From: Candidatus Campbellbacteria bacterium
GTDB lineage: Bacteria > Patescibacteriota > Minisyncoccia > Phycocordibacterales > GCA-2747955
Assembly (NCBI GenBank): GCA_002747955.1
Contig: PDQZ01000004.1
Coordinates: 1 to 37,006 of the forward strand
Direction: 5' to 3'
Length of the DNA stretch: 37,006 nucleotides
The position numbers were made by a program, and so were the translations under genes. The notes below the pieces were generated by a model that saw nothing but the letters and a program-made list of their open reading frames with translations, searched no databases and was not told the DNA's origin. This document shows, piece after piece, positions 9,020 to 18,607 of this stretch; within the stretch, counting starts at the first letter, position 1; each line of letters opens with the position of its first letter.

Positions 9020-10339
9020 ATGAATAATAATATAAAAACAGACGGAAAATCTGATGGTGTTTTTTCTATTGAAAAAATAATTAAAAGAAACGGTGACGAA
9101 GTAGATTTTGACATTAAAAAAATTCAAAACGCAATTTTTAAAGCCTTAAAGGAAACAGAAGAGGGAAAGGAAGAAGACGCAAAAGCTGTTGCACAAAAGG
9201 TTTTAGAAGAACTTGACCAAAAATGTAAAACTCAAAACGAGTGTTTACCAAAAGTTGAAGAAGTTCAAGATATAGTAGAAATCAAGCTGATGGAAAGCAA
9301 GTTTCTAAAAACAGCCAAAGCATATATTCTTTACAGAAATAAAAGAAACGAAAGCAGAAAAAGAGACATTTTCAAAAAAAGAACAAACTTAAAACCTTAC
9401 GAATATCCAGAACTTGCAGAATACACAGATGCAATCAGAAACTCATACTGGATTCATACAGAGTTTAACTATACTTCTGATATTCAAGACTATAAAGTAA
9501 CTTTAAGTGAAGTTGAAAAAAGCGCAATCAAAAACTCAATGATGGCAATTTCTCAGCTTGAAATTGAAGTACAAACTTTCTGGACAAAACTTTATGATAA
9601 ATTTCCAAAACCAGAGCTTGGTTCAGTAGGAGTAACTTTTGCCGAATCAGAAGTTCGACACAAAGACGCTTACTCACACTTGCTTGAAATTTTGGGGCTT
9701 AACGAAGACTTTGAGAAAATCGAAGAAATTCCAGTGATGAAAAGAAGAATTGACTATTTAGAGTCAATCATCGATGGTGTTTCATTTGAAAGCAATAAAG
9801 AATATGTTCGTTCAATTTTGCTATTTTCACTTTTTATTGAAAATGTTTCATTGTTCTCACAGTTCTTTGTGATCATGTCATTTAACAAACACAAAAACTG
9901 GTTAAAAGGTATTTCAAATGTTGTTGAAGCTACTTCAAAAGAAGAAACTATTCACTGTGCTTTTGGAACAGAGGTTATAAACATTGTGAAAAACGAAGAG
10001 CACCCAGAATGGTTCGACGAAGAATACGAAGAGAAAGTTTATGAAACTTTCAGAGAAGCTTATAAAGTAGAAGAAGATGTAATCGAATGGATTTACGAAA
10101 AAGGAGACATCGACTTTGTGCCAAAAGCTACAACAAAAGAGTTTATTAAAAATAAAGTAAATGTTTCTTTGGAAAGTATTGGACTTGAGCCAATGTTTGA
10201 AATTGATCAAAAGTTACTTGAACAAACAGACTGGTTCGACGACGAAATTTTAGCTACAAAACACGTTGACTTCTTTGCTAAAAGATCAATCAACTATACA
10301 AAAAGATCAAAATCAATCACAGAAGATGATTTGTTCTAA
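9020..10339 (+). CDS. nrdB: Ribonucleotide reductase beta subunit with N-terminal ATP-cone (NrdBi/class Id-like)
   Basis: IIKRNG..VDFD..KI..AI.KA...VEEVQDIVE..LM...AKAYILYR ATP-cone; ferritin-like motifs SEVRHKDAY, ENVSLFSQF, KEETIH; DFF..R...Y tail. Confidence 0.95.
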   Translation: MNNNIKTDGKSDGVFSIEKIIKRNGDEVDFDIKKIQNAIFKALKETEEGKEEDAKAVAQKVLEELDQKCKTQNECLPKVEEVQDIVEIKLMESKFLKTAKAYILYRNKRNESRKRDIFKKRTNLKPYEYPELAEYTDAIRNSYWIHTEFNYTSDIQDYKVTLSEVEKSAIKNSMMAISQLEIEVQTFWTKLYDKFPKPELGSVGVTFAESEVRHKDAYSHLLEILGLNEDFEKIEEIPVMKRRIDYLESIIDGVSFESNKEYVRSILLFSLFIENVSLFSQFFVIMSFNKHKNWLKGISNVVEATSKEETIHCAFGTEVINIVKNEEHPEWFDEEYEEKVYETFREAYKVEEDVIEWIYEKGDIDFVPKATTKEFIKNKVNVSLESIGLEPMFEIDQKLLEQTDWFDDEILATKHVDFFAKRSINYTKRSKSITEDDLF

Positions 10340-10366
10340 ATTACTAACTTAATAATAAAATAATAT

Positions 10367-12040
10367 ATGTACTGGTTAAACGAAAATAGTAGAGAGTTTT
10401 TAAAAAGAGGATATTTGAATGAAGGGGAAACTGCTGAAAGCAGAATTAGAGATATTGCAGAAGCGGCTGAGAAAATTTTAGGCAAAAAAGGTTTTGCAGA
10501 CAAGTTTTACTCATATATGGAAAAAGGATATTATTCTTTATCAACTCCTGTTTGGGCAAACTTCGGGAAAAAAAGAGGGCTTCCAATTTCTTGTTTTGGT
10601 TCATCAATCGAAGACAATATGGGTGATATTTTATACACTCAAGCTGAAGTGGGAATGATGTCAAAAATGGGTGGAGGAACTTCTGGGTATTTTGGACATT
10701 TGCGACCACGTGGAGCTGAAATCAAAGACAACGGTGTTTCTTCAGGTTCAGTTCATTTTATGCAACTTTTTCAAACAGCAGTAGATGTTGTTTCACAAGG
10801 TTCAACAAGACGAGGTTCGTTTTCTCCATATTTGCCACTGGAACACAAAGATATTGAAGAATTTTTAGAAATCGGAACAGAAGGAAACCCAATTCAAAGA
10901 TTAACTCACGGGGTTACAGTGACAAACAAATGGATGCAAGAAATGATAGACGGAGATGTTGATAAAAGAAAAATTTGGGCAAAAGTTTTGCAAATCAGGG
11001 GAGAAGTTGGTTATCCATATATTTTCTTCACAGACAACGCAAACAACAACACTGTTGACGTTTACAAAAAAGAAAACTTGAAAATCAAAGCAAGTAACTT
11101 GTGTACAGAAATTATGCTTCCTTCAAACGAGGAATGGTCATTTGTGTGTTGTTTGTCTTCAGTTAACCTACTTCATTACGATGAATGGAAAAACACAGAC
11201 GCAGTTGAAACTTTAACTTACTTTTTAGATGCTGTGATGACTGAGTTTATTGAAAAAATGAAGTATTACAAAAAATCAGAAAATTTGGAAGAAAGAAGAG
11301 TTTACGATTTTATGAAGAAAGCTTATAAATTTGCAAAACACAACAGAGCGCTTGGTTTGGGAGTTTTGGGATACCACTCTTTGTTACAATCAAAAATGAT
11401 CGCTTACGAATCAGAAGAAGCTATGAAATTAAACAAAGAAGTTTTCAAATTTATTAAAGAAAAATCTTACGCTGCGTCTGAGAAAATGGCCAAAGAATAT
11501 GGAGAACCAAAAATGTTAAAAGGTTACGGAAGAAGAAACACAACCTTGAATGCAGTTGCTCCAACAACATCTTCTGCCTTTATTTTAGGGCAAGTTTCTC
11601 AAAGTATTGAACCTTTAATGTCAAACTCTTATGTAAAAGATTTGGCTCACATGAAAGTTACAATTAAAAACAAGTTTTTAGAAAAACTTTTAGAAGAAAA
11701 AGGTAAAAACACAAGAGAAGTTTGGGGACAAATCAGACAAGACAATGGTTCTGTGATGAACTTAGACTTTTTGTCAGAAGAAGAGAAAAATGTTTTCAAA
11801 ACTTTTTCTGAAATTTCTCAGGCAGATATTATTGCTCATGCAGCAGCAAGACAACCTTATATTGATCAAGGACAATCTTTAAACATCATGATTCACCCAG
11901 AAACCCCAACAAAAGACATAAACAATTTATATATTTTGGCTTGGAAAATGGGATTAAAATCTTTGTATTATCAACACAGCATGAACTCAGCTCAAGAGTT
12001 TAACCGAAAGCTGACTCAATGTAAAAACTGCGAGGCTTAA
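10367..12040 (+). CDS. nrdA: Ribonucleotide reductase alpha subunit, short form without ATP-cone
   Basis: PISCF, SNLCTEI, VCCLSS, APTTSS, SLYY, C-terminal CKNCE. Confidence 0.95.
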   Translation: MYWLNENSREFLKRGYLNEGETAESRIRDIAEAAEKILGKKGFADKFYSYMEKGYYSLSTPVWANFGKKRGLPISCFGSSIEDNMGDILYTQAEVGMMSKMGGGTSGYFGHLRPRGAEIKDNGVSSGSVHFMQLFQTAVDVVSQGSTRRGSFSPYLPLEHKDIEEFLEIGTEGNPIQRLTHGVTVTNKWMQEMIDGDVDKRKIWAKVLQIRGEVGYPYIFFTDNANNNTVDVYKKENLKIKASNLCTEIMLPSNEEWSFVCCLSSVNLLHYDEWKNTDAVETLTYFLDAVMTEFIEKMKYYKKSENLEERRVYDFMKKAYKFAKHNRALGLGVLGYHSLLQSKMIAYESEEAMKLNKEVFKFIKEKSYAASEKMAKEYGEPKMLKGYGRRNTTLNAVAPTTSSAFILGQVSQSIEPLMSNSYVKDLAHMKVTIKNKFLEKLLEEKGKNTREVWGQIRQDNGSVMNLDFLSEEEKNVFKTFSEISQADIIAHAAARQPYIDQGQSLNIMIHPETPTKDINNLYILAWKMGLKSLYYQHSMNSAQEFNRKLTQCKNCEA

Positions 12041-12058
12041 AGTTTTTACACTAAAAAA

Positions 12059-12087
12059 CCCGAAATTTTGCTTCGCAAAATTTCGGG
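12059..12087 (+). terminator. Hairpin after nrdA (TTC loop, GAA on minus strand)
   Basis: cccgaaattttgc-TTC-gcaaaatttcggg followed by a T run. Confidence 0.75.
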
Positions 12088-12119
12088 ATTTTTTATCTCA
12101 AAAATGTTAGAATAATAAT

Positions 12120-12635
12120 ATGGAAAAAAGATATAAAATAAAAGGTGAATATCAAATAAAAGATGAACACAGAACAAAAAATAGATGGGATAAAATAGAA
12201 AGTGAATATAAAAATATGAACACAGAACAACAAATAATTACTCTGTTACTTTTTCAATTTGCTCTGGCTTTTGTGTCAATGTATAATAAAGATGATTTTT
12301 TGTCTTTTCAAGACAATATTTTAGCACCTTTAATGTTAATAGGTTTTTCTGTTATTTCGGGATTTTTCGCTCTTTGTTGTGACAATAAAAAATATTTTGG
12401 TTTTGTAAATAATTTCACTTTCTTTATACTTTCAATTCCAAGTATTTGTATTTTATTATTTATGGTGTTTGGAAATATTTTTAATGGTTTTTCAATGTAT
12501 ATTCCTGCTATTGTTTTAGCCTCTTTACTTATCTATGCTTTTTTTATTTTTGCTGGTTCGGCTTTTGTTGCTTCGGTTATTTATTTTACAAAAGAGGTTT
12601 ATAAAAAAACAGAAAACAACGAAACAGAAAAATAA
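12120..12635 (+). CDS. Hypothetical membrane protein (about 4 TM)
   Basis: 171-aa ORF with several hydrophobic segments. Confidence 0.7.
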   Translation: MEKRYKIKGEYQIKDEHRTKNRWDKIESEYKNMNTEQQIITLLLFQFALAFVSMYNKDDFLSFQDNILAPLMLIGFSVISGFFALCCDNKKYFGFVNNFTFFILSIPSICILLFMVFGNIFNGFSMYIPAIVLASLLIYAFFIFAGSAFVASVIYFTKEVYKKTENNETEK

Positions 12636-12685
12636 TTTTTCTGTTTTTTATTTTAATTTAAATTTAAAAATGTTAAAATGGTTTT

Positions 12686-13747
12686 ATGAAAAAAAATATT
12701 TTAACTGTTAACTGTGGTTCAACTTCTGTAAAGTATAAACTTTTTGATTATAATAAAAAAGTTTTAGACGAAGTTTTTATTAACACTAAAAACTTAAAAG
12801 ATAAAATTAAAGAAAAAAAATTTTTAAAGAAAATTGGACAAGAAAAAGAGAATTTAAAAATTGGTTTTAGAGTGGTTGCAGGTGGTCCAAATGTTGGTCC
12901 TTTAAAAATAAACTCTAAACTTAAAAAAGAAATTCAAAAATATACTATTTTCGCACCCATTCACAACAAAGTTGTTTTAGAAAAAATAAATCAGATTGAA
13001 AAACTTTTTCCAAAATCGGATTTATATGCAGTCTTTGATACTGATTTTCACAGAACAATTTCAAAAGAGTTTTCGACATATCCGGTTGACCAAAAAATTG
13101 CTCAAAAATATCATTTGAAAAAATATGGATATCATGGGCTTGCCATTGAATCTTCACTTCAAAATTTAAATGAAGTTTATAAAAAGAAGAAAGAGAAACT
13201 TCCGTTAAAAATCATTTTTCTGCATTTGGGCGGTGGAGCATCTGTGACTTTTGTTAAAAACAAAAAATCATTTTTAACTTCAATGGAGCTAACTCCTGTT
13301 TCAGGACTTATGATGACAACCCGAGCTGGAAATATTGATTCTGATTTTGATATTATTCTGTCAAAACTTTCTGGAAAAAGTATTTCCAAAGTTTCAGAGA
13401 TGATTTCTAAAAAATCAGGTTTTTACGGCTTGACTGGTTCAAAAGATACCGAGAAGATTTTTGATAAATATATTTTAGAAAAAAAGCAGAAAAAAGGAAA
13501 ATATAAAAATGAAAAATTGGCTTGTGATATCTTTTTAAATCAAATTGCAGGTTTTATTTATCAGTATGCAGGACTTGGAGGGGGAGTTGATCTGATTGTT
13601 CTTGAAGGTGGAATTGGTAAAAATAATATTTATATTAAAAATGAAATTAAAAAAAGACTTAAAACTTTTGGTTTAAACAAAATACCAATTGTTCAAACAA
13701 AAATCTTTGAAGAAGAGCTTATTTTTGATAAAATTAAAAGATTTTAA
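12686..13747 (+). CDS. ackA: Acetate kinase (divergent)
   Basis: NCGSTSVKY, APIHN, VFDTDFH, YGYHG, HLGGGAS, TSMELTP..GLMM.TRAG, GGIG, EEE. Confidence 0.9.
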   Translation: MKKNILTVNCGSTSVKYKLFDYNKKVLDEVFINTKNLKDKIKEKKFLKKIGQEKENLKIGFRVVAGGPNVGPLKINSKLKKEIQKYTIFAPIHNKVVLEKINQIEKLFPKSDLYAVFDTDFHRTISKEFSTYPVDQKIAQKYHLKKYGYHGLAIESSLQNLNEVYKKKKEKLPLKIIFLHLGGGASVTFVKNKKSFLTSMELTPVSGLMMTTRAGNIDSDFDIILSKLSGKSISKVSEMISKKSGFYGLTGSKDTEKIFDKYILEKKQKKGKYKNEKLACDIFLNQIAGFIYQYAGLGGGVDLIVLEGGIGKNNIYIKNEIKKRLKTFGLNKIPIVQTKIFEEELIFDKIKRF

Positions 13748-14169
13748 AAAGAAAAACAAAAAAATGCCTTATGGCATTTTTTTGTTTTTAAAGGTTTTGT
13801 TAGTTATATAATAAATATATGTTTTTGTATCAAAGTTTTTATTTTTGAAAGGGTTTTTTATCCTTTCACTATTTATTACAATATTTTAAAAATTTTCTTT
13901 CACTTTTTGATAAAGTTATCAACAGTGAAAAAAAACGAAGTTAAAATACCTAACAAAAATATTTTAACAAAAATACAAAAAAAGGCAAGGGTTTGTTTTA
14001 AAGTAAAACACAGGGTTATGTTTTAAAAAAAATTAAATTCGTGTTATAATAATGGTTGAATTTTTTCGTAAAATTTAAATTATAAACCAATTATTTTTAG
14101 CTAACCTTGTTTTTTGAAAATGAAAGATCTGAGAAAACAAAACTTTAAATAATTACAAAAGAAGAAAAA

Positions 14170-15267
14170 ATGGAAGAAATAAAAAACAATCAAGCTTTTG
14201 GACAAGAGATCAAAGATTTGCCAAAAGTAGGAGAAAACATTGAGGGAACAGTTATTAGCAACGAAAGAAACACTTTGTATGTGGATCTAAAACCATACGG
14301 AACAGGTATTATTTTTGGTAGAGAATATTTGATCATCAAAGACATCATCAAAGACATTGTTCCTGGAGTTTCTGTTACAGCAAAAGTTGTAGACTTAGAA
14401 GGGGAAAATGGATATATTGAACTTTCTTTGAAAGAAGCTAAAGAAATGGAAGTTTGGAAACAGGCTGAAGAATATCAAAAAGACGGAAGAGTGTTACCAA
14501 TTCACATTAAAGACGCAAACAAAGGTGGGCTTATGGTTACATGGCAAGGTTTAACAGGTTTTGTGCCAGTAAGTCAACTTTCAGAAGCTCACTATCCAAA
14601 AGTAAGTGGAGGAGATAAAACAAGAATTTTAGCAGAACTTAAAAAACTTGTTGGAGAACAATTACAACTTTCAATTATCACAGTTGACCCAAAAGAGAAA
14701 AAACTAATTTTCTCAGAAAAGAAAAACTTAAATGAAAAAAGCCCACAAGATTCATCTAAAAAAACAGAAGTAAAAGAAGATGTAAATATGATGGAAAGAT
14801 ATTCAATTGGAGACATCTTAGAGGCAAAAGTTATTGGAGTGGTAGATTTTGGTATTTTTGTAAAACTACCATCAGGAGACGAAGGACTTGTTCATATTTC
14901 AGAAATTTCTTGGTCATTGATTGGAGATCCAAAATCTTTGTATAAAGTAGGAGATACTGTAAAAGTTAAAGTTATTGAAATTAACAAAGACAAAGTTTCA
15001 CTTTCAATCAAAGCACTTGTTGACAATCCTTGGAAAACAGCAGGAGAAAAATACAAAAAAGGAGACACTGTAAAAGCAGTTGTAATTAAAATTTCAGAAC
15101 ACGGAGCTTTAGTTTCTGTGGAAGAAGGAATTTACGGATTGGTTCACGTTTCAGAATTTAAAAATGAAGAAGAACTAAAAGAAAAATTACAATTGGGAGA
15201 TACTTATGAATTTAAAATCAATGTATTTGATATAGATTCAGAAAAAATGACTTTGGTTTTGGCTTAA
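14170..15267 (+). CDS. rpsA: 30S ribosomal protein S1 (four S1 domains)
   Basis: IELSLK, NKGGL..GFVP.SQL, FGIFV...EGLVHISEISW, GLVHVSE. Confidence 0.9.
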   Translation: MEEIKNNQAFGQEIKDLPKVGENIEGTVISNERNTLYVDLKPYGTGIIFGREYLIIKDIIKDIVPGVSVTAKVVDLEGENGYIELSLKEAKEMEVWKQAEEYQKDGRVLPIHIKDANKGGLMVTWQGLTGFVPVSQLSEAHYPKVSGGDKTRILAELKKLVGEQLQLSIITVDPKEKKLIFSEKKNLNEKSPQDSSKKTEVKEDVNMMERYSIGDILEAKVIGVVDFGIFVKLPSGDEGLVHISEISWSLIGDPKSLYKVGDTVKVKVIEINKDKVSLSIKALVDNPWKTAGEKYKKGDTVKAVVIKISEHGALVSVEEGIYGLVHVSEFKNEEELKEKLQLGDTYEFKINVFDIDSEKMTLVLA

Positions 15268-15395
15268 ACTTTAAGTTAAAATAAAACAAAAAACAAGCAA
15301 TGCTTGTTTTTTGTTTTTTGGTAAAATTTGTTTTTTTGTTAAAAATATAATATAATCAAAGTGTTACCAAAAAGTTAACAATAAATAAAAATAAT

Positions 15396-15782
15396 ATGGA
15401 AGACAATAAAACAAATAACACAAAAACAATAGTTTCAATAATTGTATTGATACTAATTGTAGCAGGAGCAATCTTTGCTTACAATCATTATAAAAAAGAT
15501 CAACCGGTAACAGAAGAACCAAAAAATCCTGTTGTTGATCCAATGCCAGAACCTGTTGATAATCCACCAATGCCAGAAATGGAAGTTAAAGACCCAACAA
15601 TGCCAGAAATGGAATTAGTTGAGCCAGCACCAATGCCAGAAATGGAAGTTAAAAATCCAATGCCAAAACCAGAGGTTCAAGAAGAAGGCAATGTAATGGG
15701 GGATTTAAAAAAACCAGATTTAAAAGTTGAGCCTGTGGTTCAAAAATCACCAGCTCCAGTTCCACCAAAACCAGAAGTTTAA
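15396..15782 (+). CDS. Membrane-anchored Pro/Glu-rich protein with PMPEMEVK-type repeats
   Basis: N-terminal TM segment; repeated ccaatgccagaa; paralog of 34239-34652. Confidence 0.8.
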   Translation: MEDNKTNNTKTIVSIIVLILIVAGAIFAYNHYKKDQPVTEEPKNPVVDPMPEPVDNPPMPEMEVKDPTMPEMELVEPAPMPEMEVKNPMPKPEVQEEGNVMGDLKKPDLKVEPVVQKSPAPVPPKPEV

Positions 15783-15852
15783 GAAAATAAAAAACACTTT
15801 TTGTTAAGTGTTTTTTGTTTATGTTACAATTGAAGTGTGATATAATATTTTT

Positions 15853-16599
15853 ATGAAAATGGAAGGGCAGTTTAGTATATCGAAGAACAAAAAGGAAAGT
15901 TTGGTTTATAAAAAGGGTTCAGAAAAAGAACCTCTTTCTTTTGCAGATTCTTTAAACCAGAAACTTAAAGAAGGAAGTGAAAATATAAATGAAGTTGTAG
16001 AAGATATTGAAAAATTTATGTTGGAAAACGGTACTGAAAAAATGGATTATGACGATGTGGTAGACAGTATTTTAAATAAACCGTCAATGCTTGTTAGAAG
16101 AGAAATTCCTGAAAGAATTTTTGATTTGATAAGTGGGAAAAAAGATCATCTTGAAATTAAACAAAACGATGACCATCACACAGGAAAATATTTGAACTCA
16201 GCTGTTTTGGGAAGAAATGCAGAAGGTTTAAGTATTCCTTTGCAGGCTGGGTTTGGGCATTTGAATAATGGAGAAGTTATTTTTATTGTTGGGTTTAAAA
16301 ATGGACAAAACATTCAAGCTCACAGTTATGATCCACAGCAGTTTGCACACTATGGTGAAAGTTTGAAAAACATGTGTGCTGTTGAGGGGCAATATCAGAC
16401 AGGTGATATTGAATTTATTATGATGCGAAGTGTTAAGGGTGATGAAGAAAAAGAAAATGAGCTTGACGAATCGTACTTTACAGCAGAAGAAATGAAAGAA
16501 ATGTTTGAGGATGAAATAAGTCACAATGGAAATTACTCGTACTTGGGAGAAAATAATTTTGATTATAGGTTTTATAAACCAAAAGTTATATTAAATTAG
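15853..16599 (+). CDS. Hypothetical protein
   Basis: 248-aa ORF, TGnTATAAT 7 nt before the ATG, terminator-like hairpin after the stop. Confidence 0.75.
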   Translation: MKMEGQFSISKNKKESLVYKKGSEKEPLSFADSLNQKLKEGSENINEVVEDIEKFMLENGTEKMDYDDVVDSILNKPSMLVRREIPERIFDLISGKKDHLEIKQNDDHHTGKYLNSAVLGRNAEGLSIPLQAGFGHLNNGEVIFIVGFKNGQNIQAHSYDPQQFAHYGESLKNMCAVEGQYQTGDIEFIMMRSVKGDEEKENELDESYFTAEEMKEMFEDEISHNGNYSYLGENNFDYRFYKPKVILN

Positions 16600-16646
16600 A
16601 AAAGCCGACAAGATGCCGGCTTTTTGTTTTTCGATTTTTAATTAGT

Positions 16647-16946
16647 TTAACCGTGTTTTCTGGCACAATTTAGACAAGAATAAATTTGTGGTTTTGCTTC
16701 AAGTCTTTTTCTTTCGATTGGCATTCCACAGCCTTGATATTGGCAGTAACCATAAGAACCTTTTTTAATTCTTTCCAAGGCTTTTTTAATTTCTGCAATT
16801 CTTTTGTCTTTAATATCTTTTATGGTAAGTGTTGGGTCGTGCAAGCTTGCATTTTCTGATATTAAAAAAAATAATTTTTTTTGAAGTTTATCTTTTTGTT
16901 CCAAGATAAACTTTTTGGTTAAAAAATTTTCTTCCTTGGTGTTCAC
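16647..16946 (-). CDS. TraR/DksA C4 zinc-finger protein (short coiled coil)
   Basis: ALERI.KGSYGYC...CG..I...RLEA.P...CLNC; GTG start with AAGGAG upstream. Confidence 0.85.
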   Translation of the reverse strand: MNTKEENFLTKKFILEQKDKLQKKLFFLISENASLHDPTLTIKDIKDKRIAEIKKALERIKKGSYGYCQYQGCGMPIERKRLEAKPQIYSCLNCARKHG

Positions 16947-17030
16947 CAGCCTTCTCCTTTTGTAGTGTAAGAATAATGTTAAATTATAACATCTTTATTG
17001 TTTTTGTAAAGTTAGATTTTGAAGTTAGGC

Positions 17031-17059
17031 ACCTGAAAATCCCGAAGGGATTTTCAGGT
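17031..17059. terminator. GAA-triloop hairpin after the hydrolase gene
   Basis: acctgaaaatccc-GAA-gggattttcaggt. Confidence 0.7.
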
Positions 17060-17070
17060 TTTCTTTAACC

Positions 17071-17646
17071 TTACTCAAAAATCTCCAAAACTTTATTTAC
17101 AATTTTTTTAGAAAGTAAAAATGCCATGTGGTAAGTTTTTAAGTTTTTGTGAATTGAGTTTCTAAGTGATGTTTTAGAAAAGGGAACAACCATATCAAAA
17201 TATCCTCCAAAAGTGAAAATTTTGATTTTTTTGTTTTTGATATTTTTTGAAACACCTAAATCTTTTTTAACTTGTTTAAGTCCAAATAAATCATATGAGT
17301 GTGGACTTACTAAAGTGATCAAAGAAACGACATTGTCTCTTTTTTGTTTTGAATTTTCTTGAATTATTTTTTTTGCTAAAATTCCACCATAAGAATGAGC
17401 AATGATTATAGTTTTTTTATTGTCCTTTAATTCTTCTAAAGCTCTTTTGATTATGCTTTCAATTTTGTTTTTTTCTATATAAACGTAAAAAACGTCATCT
17501 AAAAAAACAAGTTCTTTGTTTGGAAACTTTTCTTTTAGAACTTTTTTCCAAACAGCAGATCTTTTGGAAGTGTGATTGATGCCTGCAATAAAAATAATTT
17601 TTTCAAAATCATCTTTTTTTATTTTTAAATCATTGCTTGACTTCAT
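17071..17646 (-). CDS. Alpha/beta hydrolase fold protein
   Basis: AHSYGG nucleophile elbow, TLVSPH, DMVVP, late His. Confidence 0.8.
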   Translation of the reverse strand: MKSSNDLKIKKDDFEKIIFIAGINHTSKRSAVWKKVLKEKFPNKELVFLDDVFYVYIEKNKIESIIKRALEELKDNKKTIIIAHSYGGILAKKIIQENSKQKRDNVVSLITLVSPHSYDLFGLKQVKKDLGVSKNIKNKKIKIFTFGGYFDMVVPFSKTSLRNSIHKNLKTYHMAFLLSKKIVNKVLEIFE

Positions 17647-17700
17647 AAAAGTATTTTAACATATATTGAAATTTATTGAAAAAAAGAATATAATAGATAT

Positions 17701-18066
17701 ATGAACACACAAGAAATAAAAGATTTTCTAGAAATGGAAAAAAAGGAACTTTTGGAAGAAATTGGAAAAATCGGCGTTGCTTCAAAAGGCGCTGAAGGTG
17801 GTTTTGATCCAAAAGAAACAAATACACACGAAGGTGATGTTTTGGACCAAGCCGATTTAGCAGATGAAATGACAAATATTTCAACAAATAATGCTATTTT
17901 AAATGAGCTTGAAATTAGATTAAAGGAAGTTAATGATTCTTTAGATGATATTGAAAATGGGAAATATGGAATTTGTCAGACTTGTGGAAAGGAGATTGAA
18001 GAAAAAAGAATTTTAGCAAATAAAACAGCAAAGCACTGTATAGAACACATGGATCTTTCAGTTTAA
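17701..18066 (+). CDS. TraR/DksA family transcription factor
   Basis: DVLDQA coiled-coil tip, YGICQTCG.EI...R..A...A.HCIEH. Confidence 0.9.
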   Translation: MNTQEIKDFLEMEKKELLEEIGKIGVASKGAEGGFDPKETNTHEGDVLDQADLADEMTNISTNNAILNELEIRLKEVNDSLDDIENGKYGICQTCGKEIEEKRILANKTAKHCIEHMDLSV

Positions 18067-18078
18067 TAAATAAATAAT

Positions 18079-18246
18079 ATGTCATTTTTTACAAAACACA
18101 ATTTAATTGGACTTGCTTTTTTGATAGCCGGGATAGTGGTGATTTCAGAAAGGTATTTTGGAATACACTTGATGAAAATAAGTTGGAATGAGATTTGGCC
18201 GTTTTTGGCGGTGTTTATGGGGGTTATAATCCTAATGAAAAGATAA
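18079..18246 (+). CDS. 55-aa two-TM membrane protein (LiaF-TM/DUF5668-like), absent from the ORF track
   Basis: Hand translation MSFFTKHNLIGLAFLIAGIVVISERYFGIHLMKISWNEIWPFLAVFMGVIILMKR*, 12 nt after the dksA-like stop. Confidence 0.75.
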   Translation: MSFFTKHNLIGLAFLIAGIVVISERYFGIHLMKISWNEIWPFLAVFMGVIILMKR

Positions 18247-18607
18247 AAAAACTTAAAAAATGAGCGAATAACTTCGTTAGCTTCATGTAAAAATATTTTC
18301 AACGTACTTCAAGTACGTCTCAAATATTTTTCATTCGCTGCCTCGTTATTCATCTCATTTTTTGAGTTTTTAAAAAACGCCAGAAATTAGCACTGAGCTT
18401 TGTTGGCTTCATAAAATTATTTTTCAACGTAATAACACATACGTCTCAAAATAATTTTATTCGCCGCCTCGCTCAGTATCTAATTTCTGGCGTTTTTTCA
18501 CACTTGAAAGATGAGTGTTTAACTTTGTCAACTGCGCACAAAAATCCCTTCACCGTAATAATCATTCGACTCGGAAATTTTTTTGTGAAGACAGCGAAGT
18601 AATCTGG
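18247..18607 (-). repeat. Structured hairpin element family, tandem copies C (18247-18371), D (18372-18498) and degenerate E (~18511-18607)
   Basis: Reverse complements carry GAGACGTA..TACGTTGA cores; the D arm shares 20 identical nt (aaaaacgccagaaattagat) with copy A. Confidence 0.9.

Noticed and set aside
18247..18607. Tandem hairpins read as a CRISPR or integron attC array
   Set aside because: No identical repeats with unique spacers, no cas or integrase gene, no GTTRRRY/RYYYAAC ends and no intervening cassettes.
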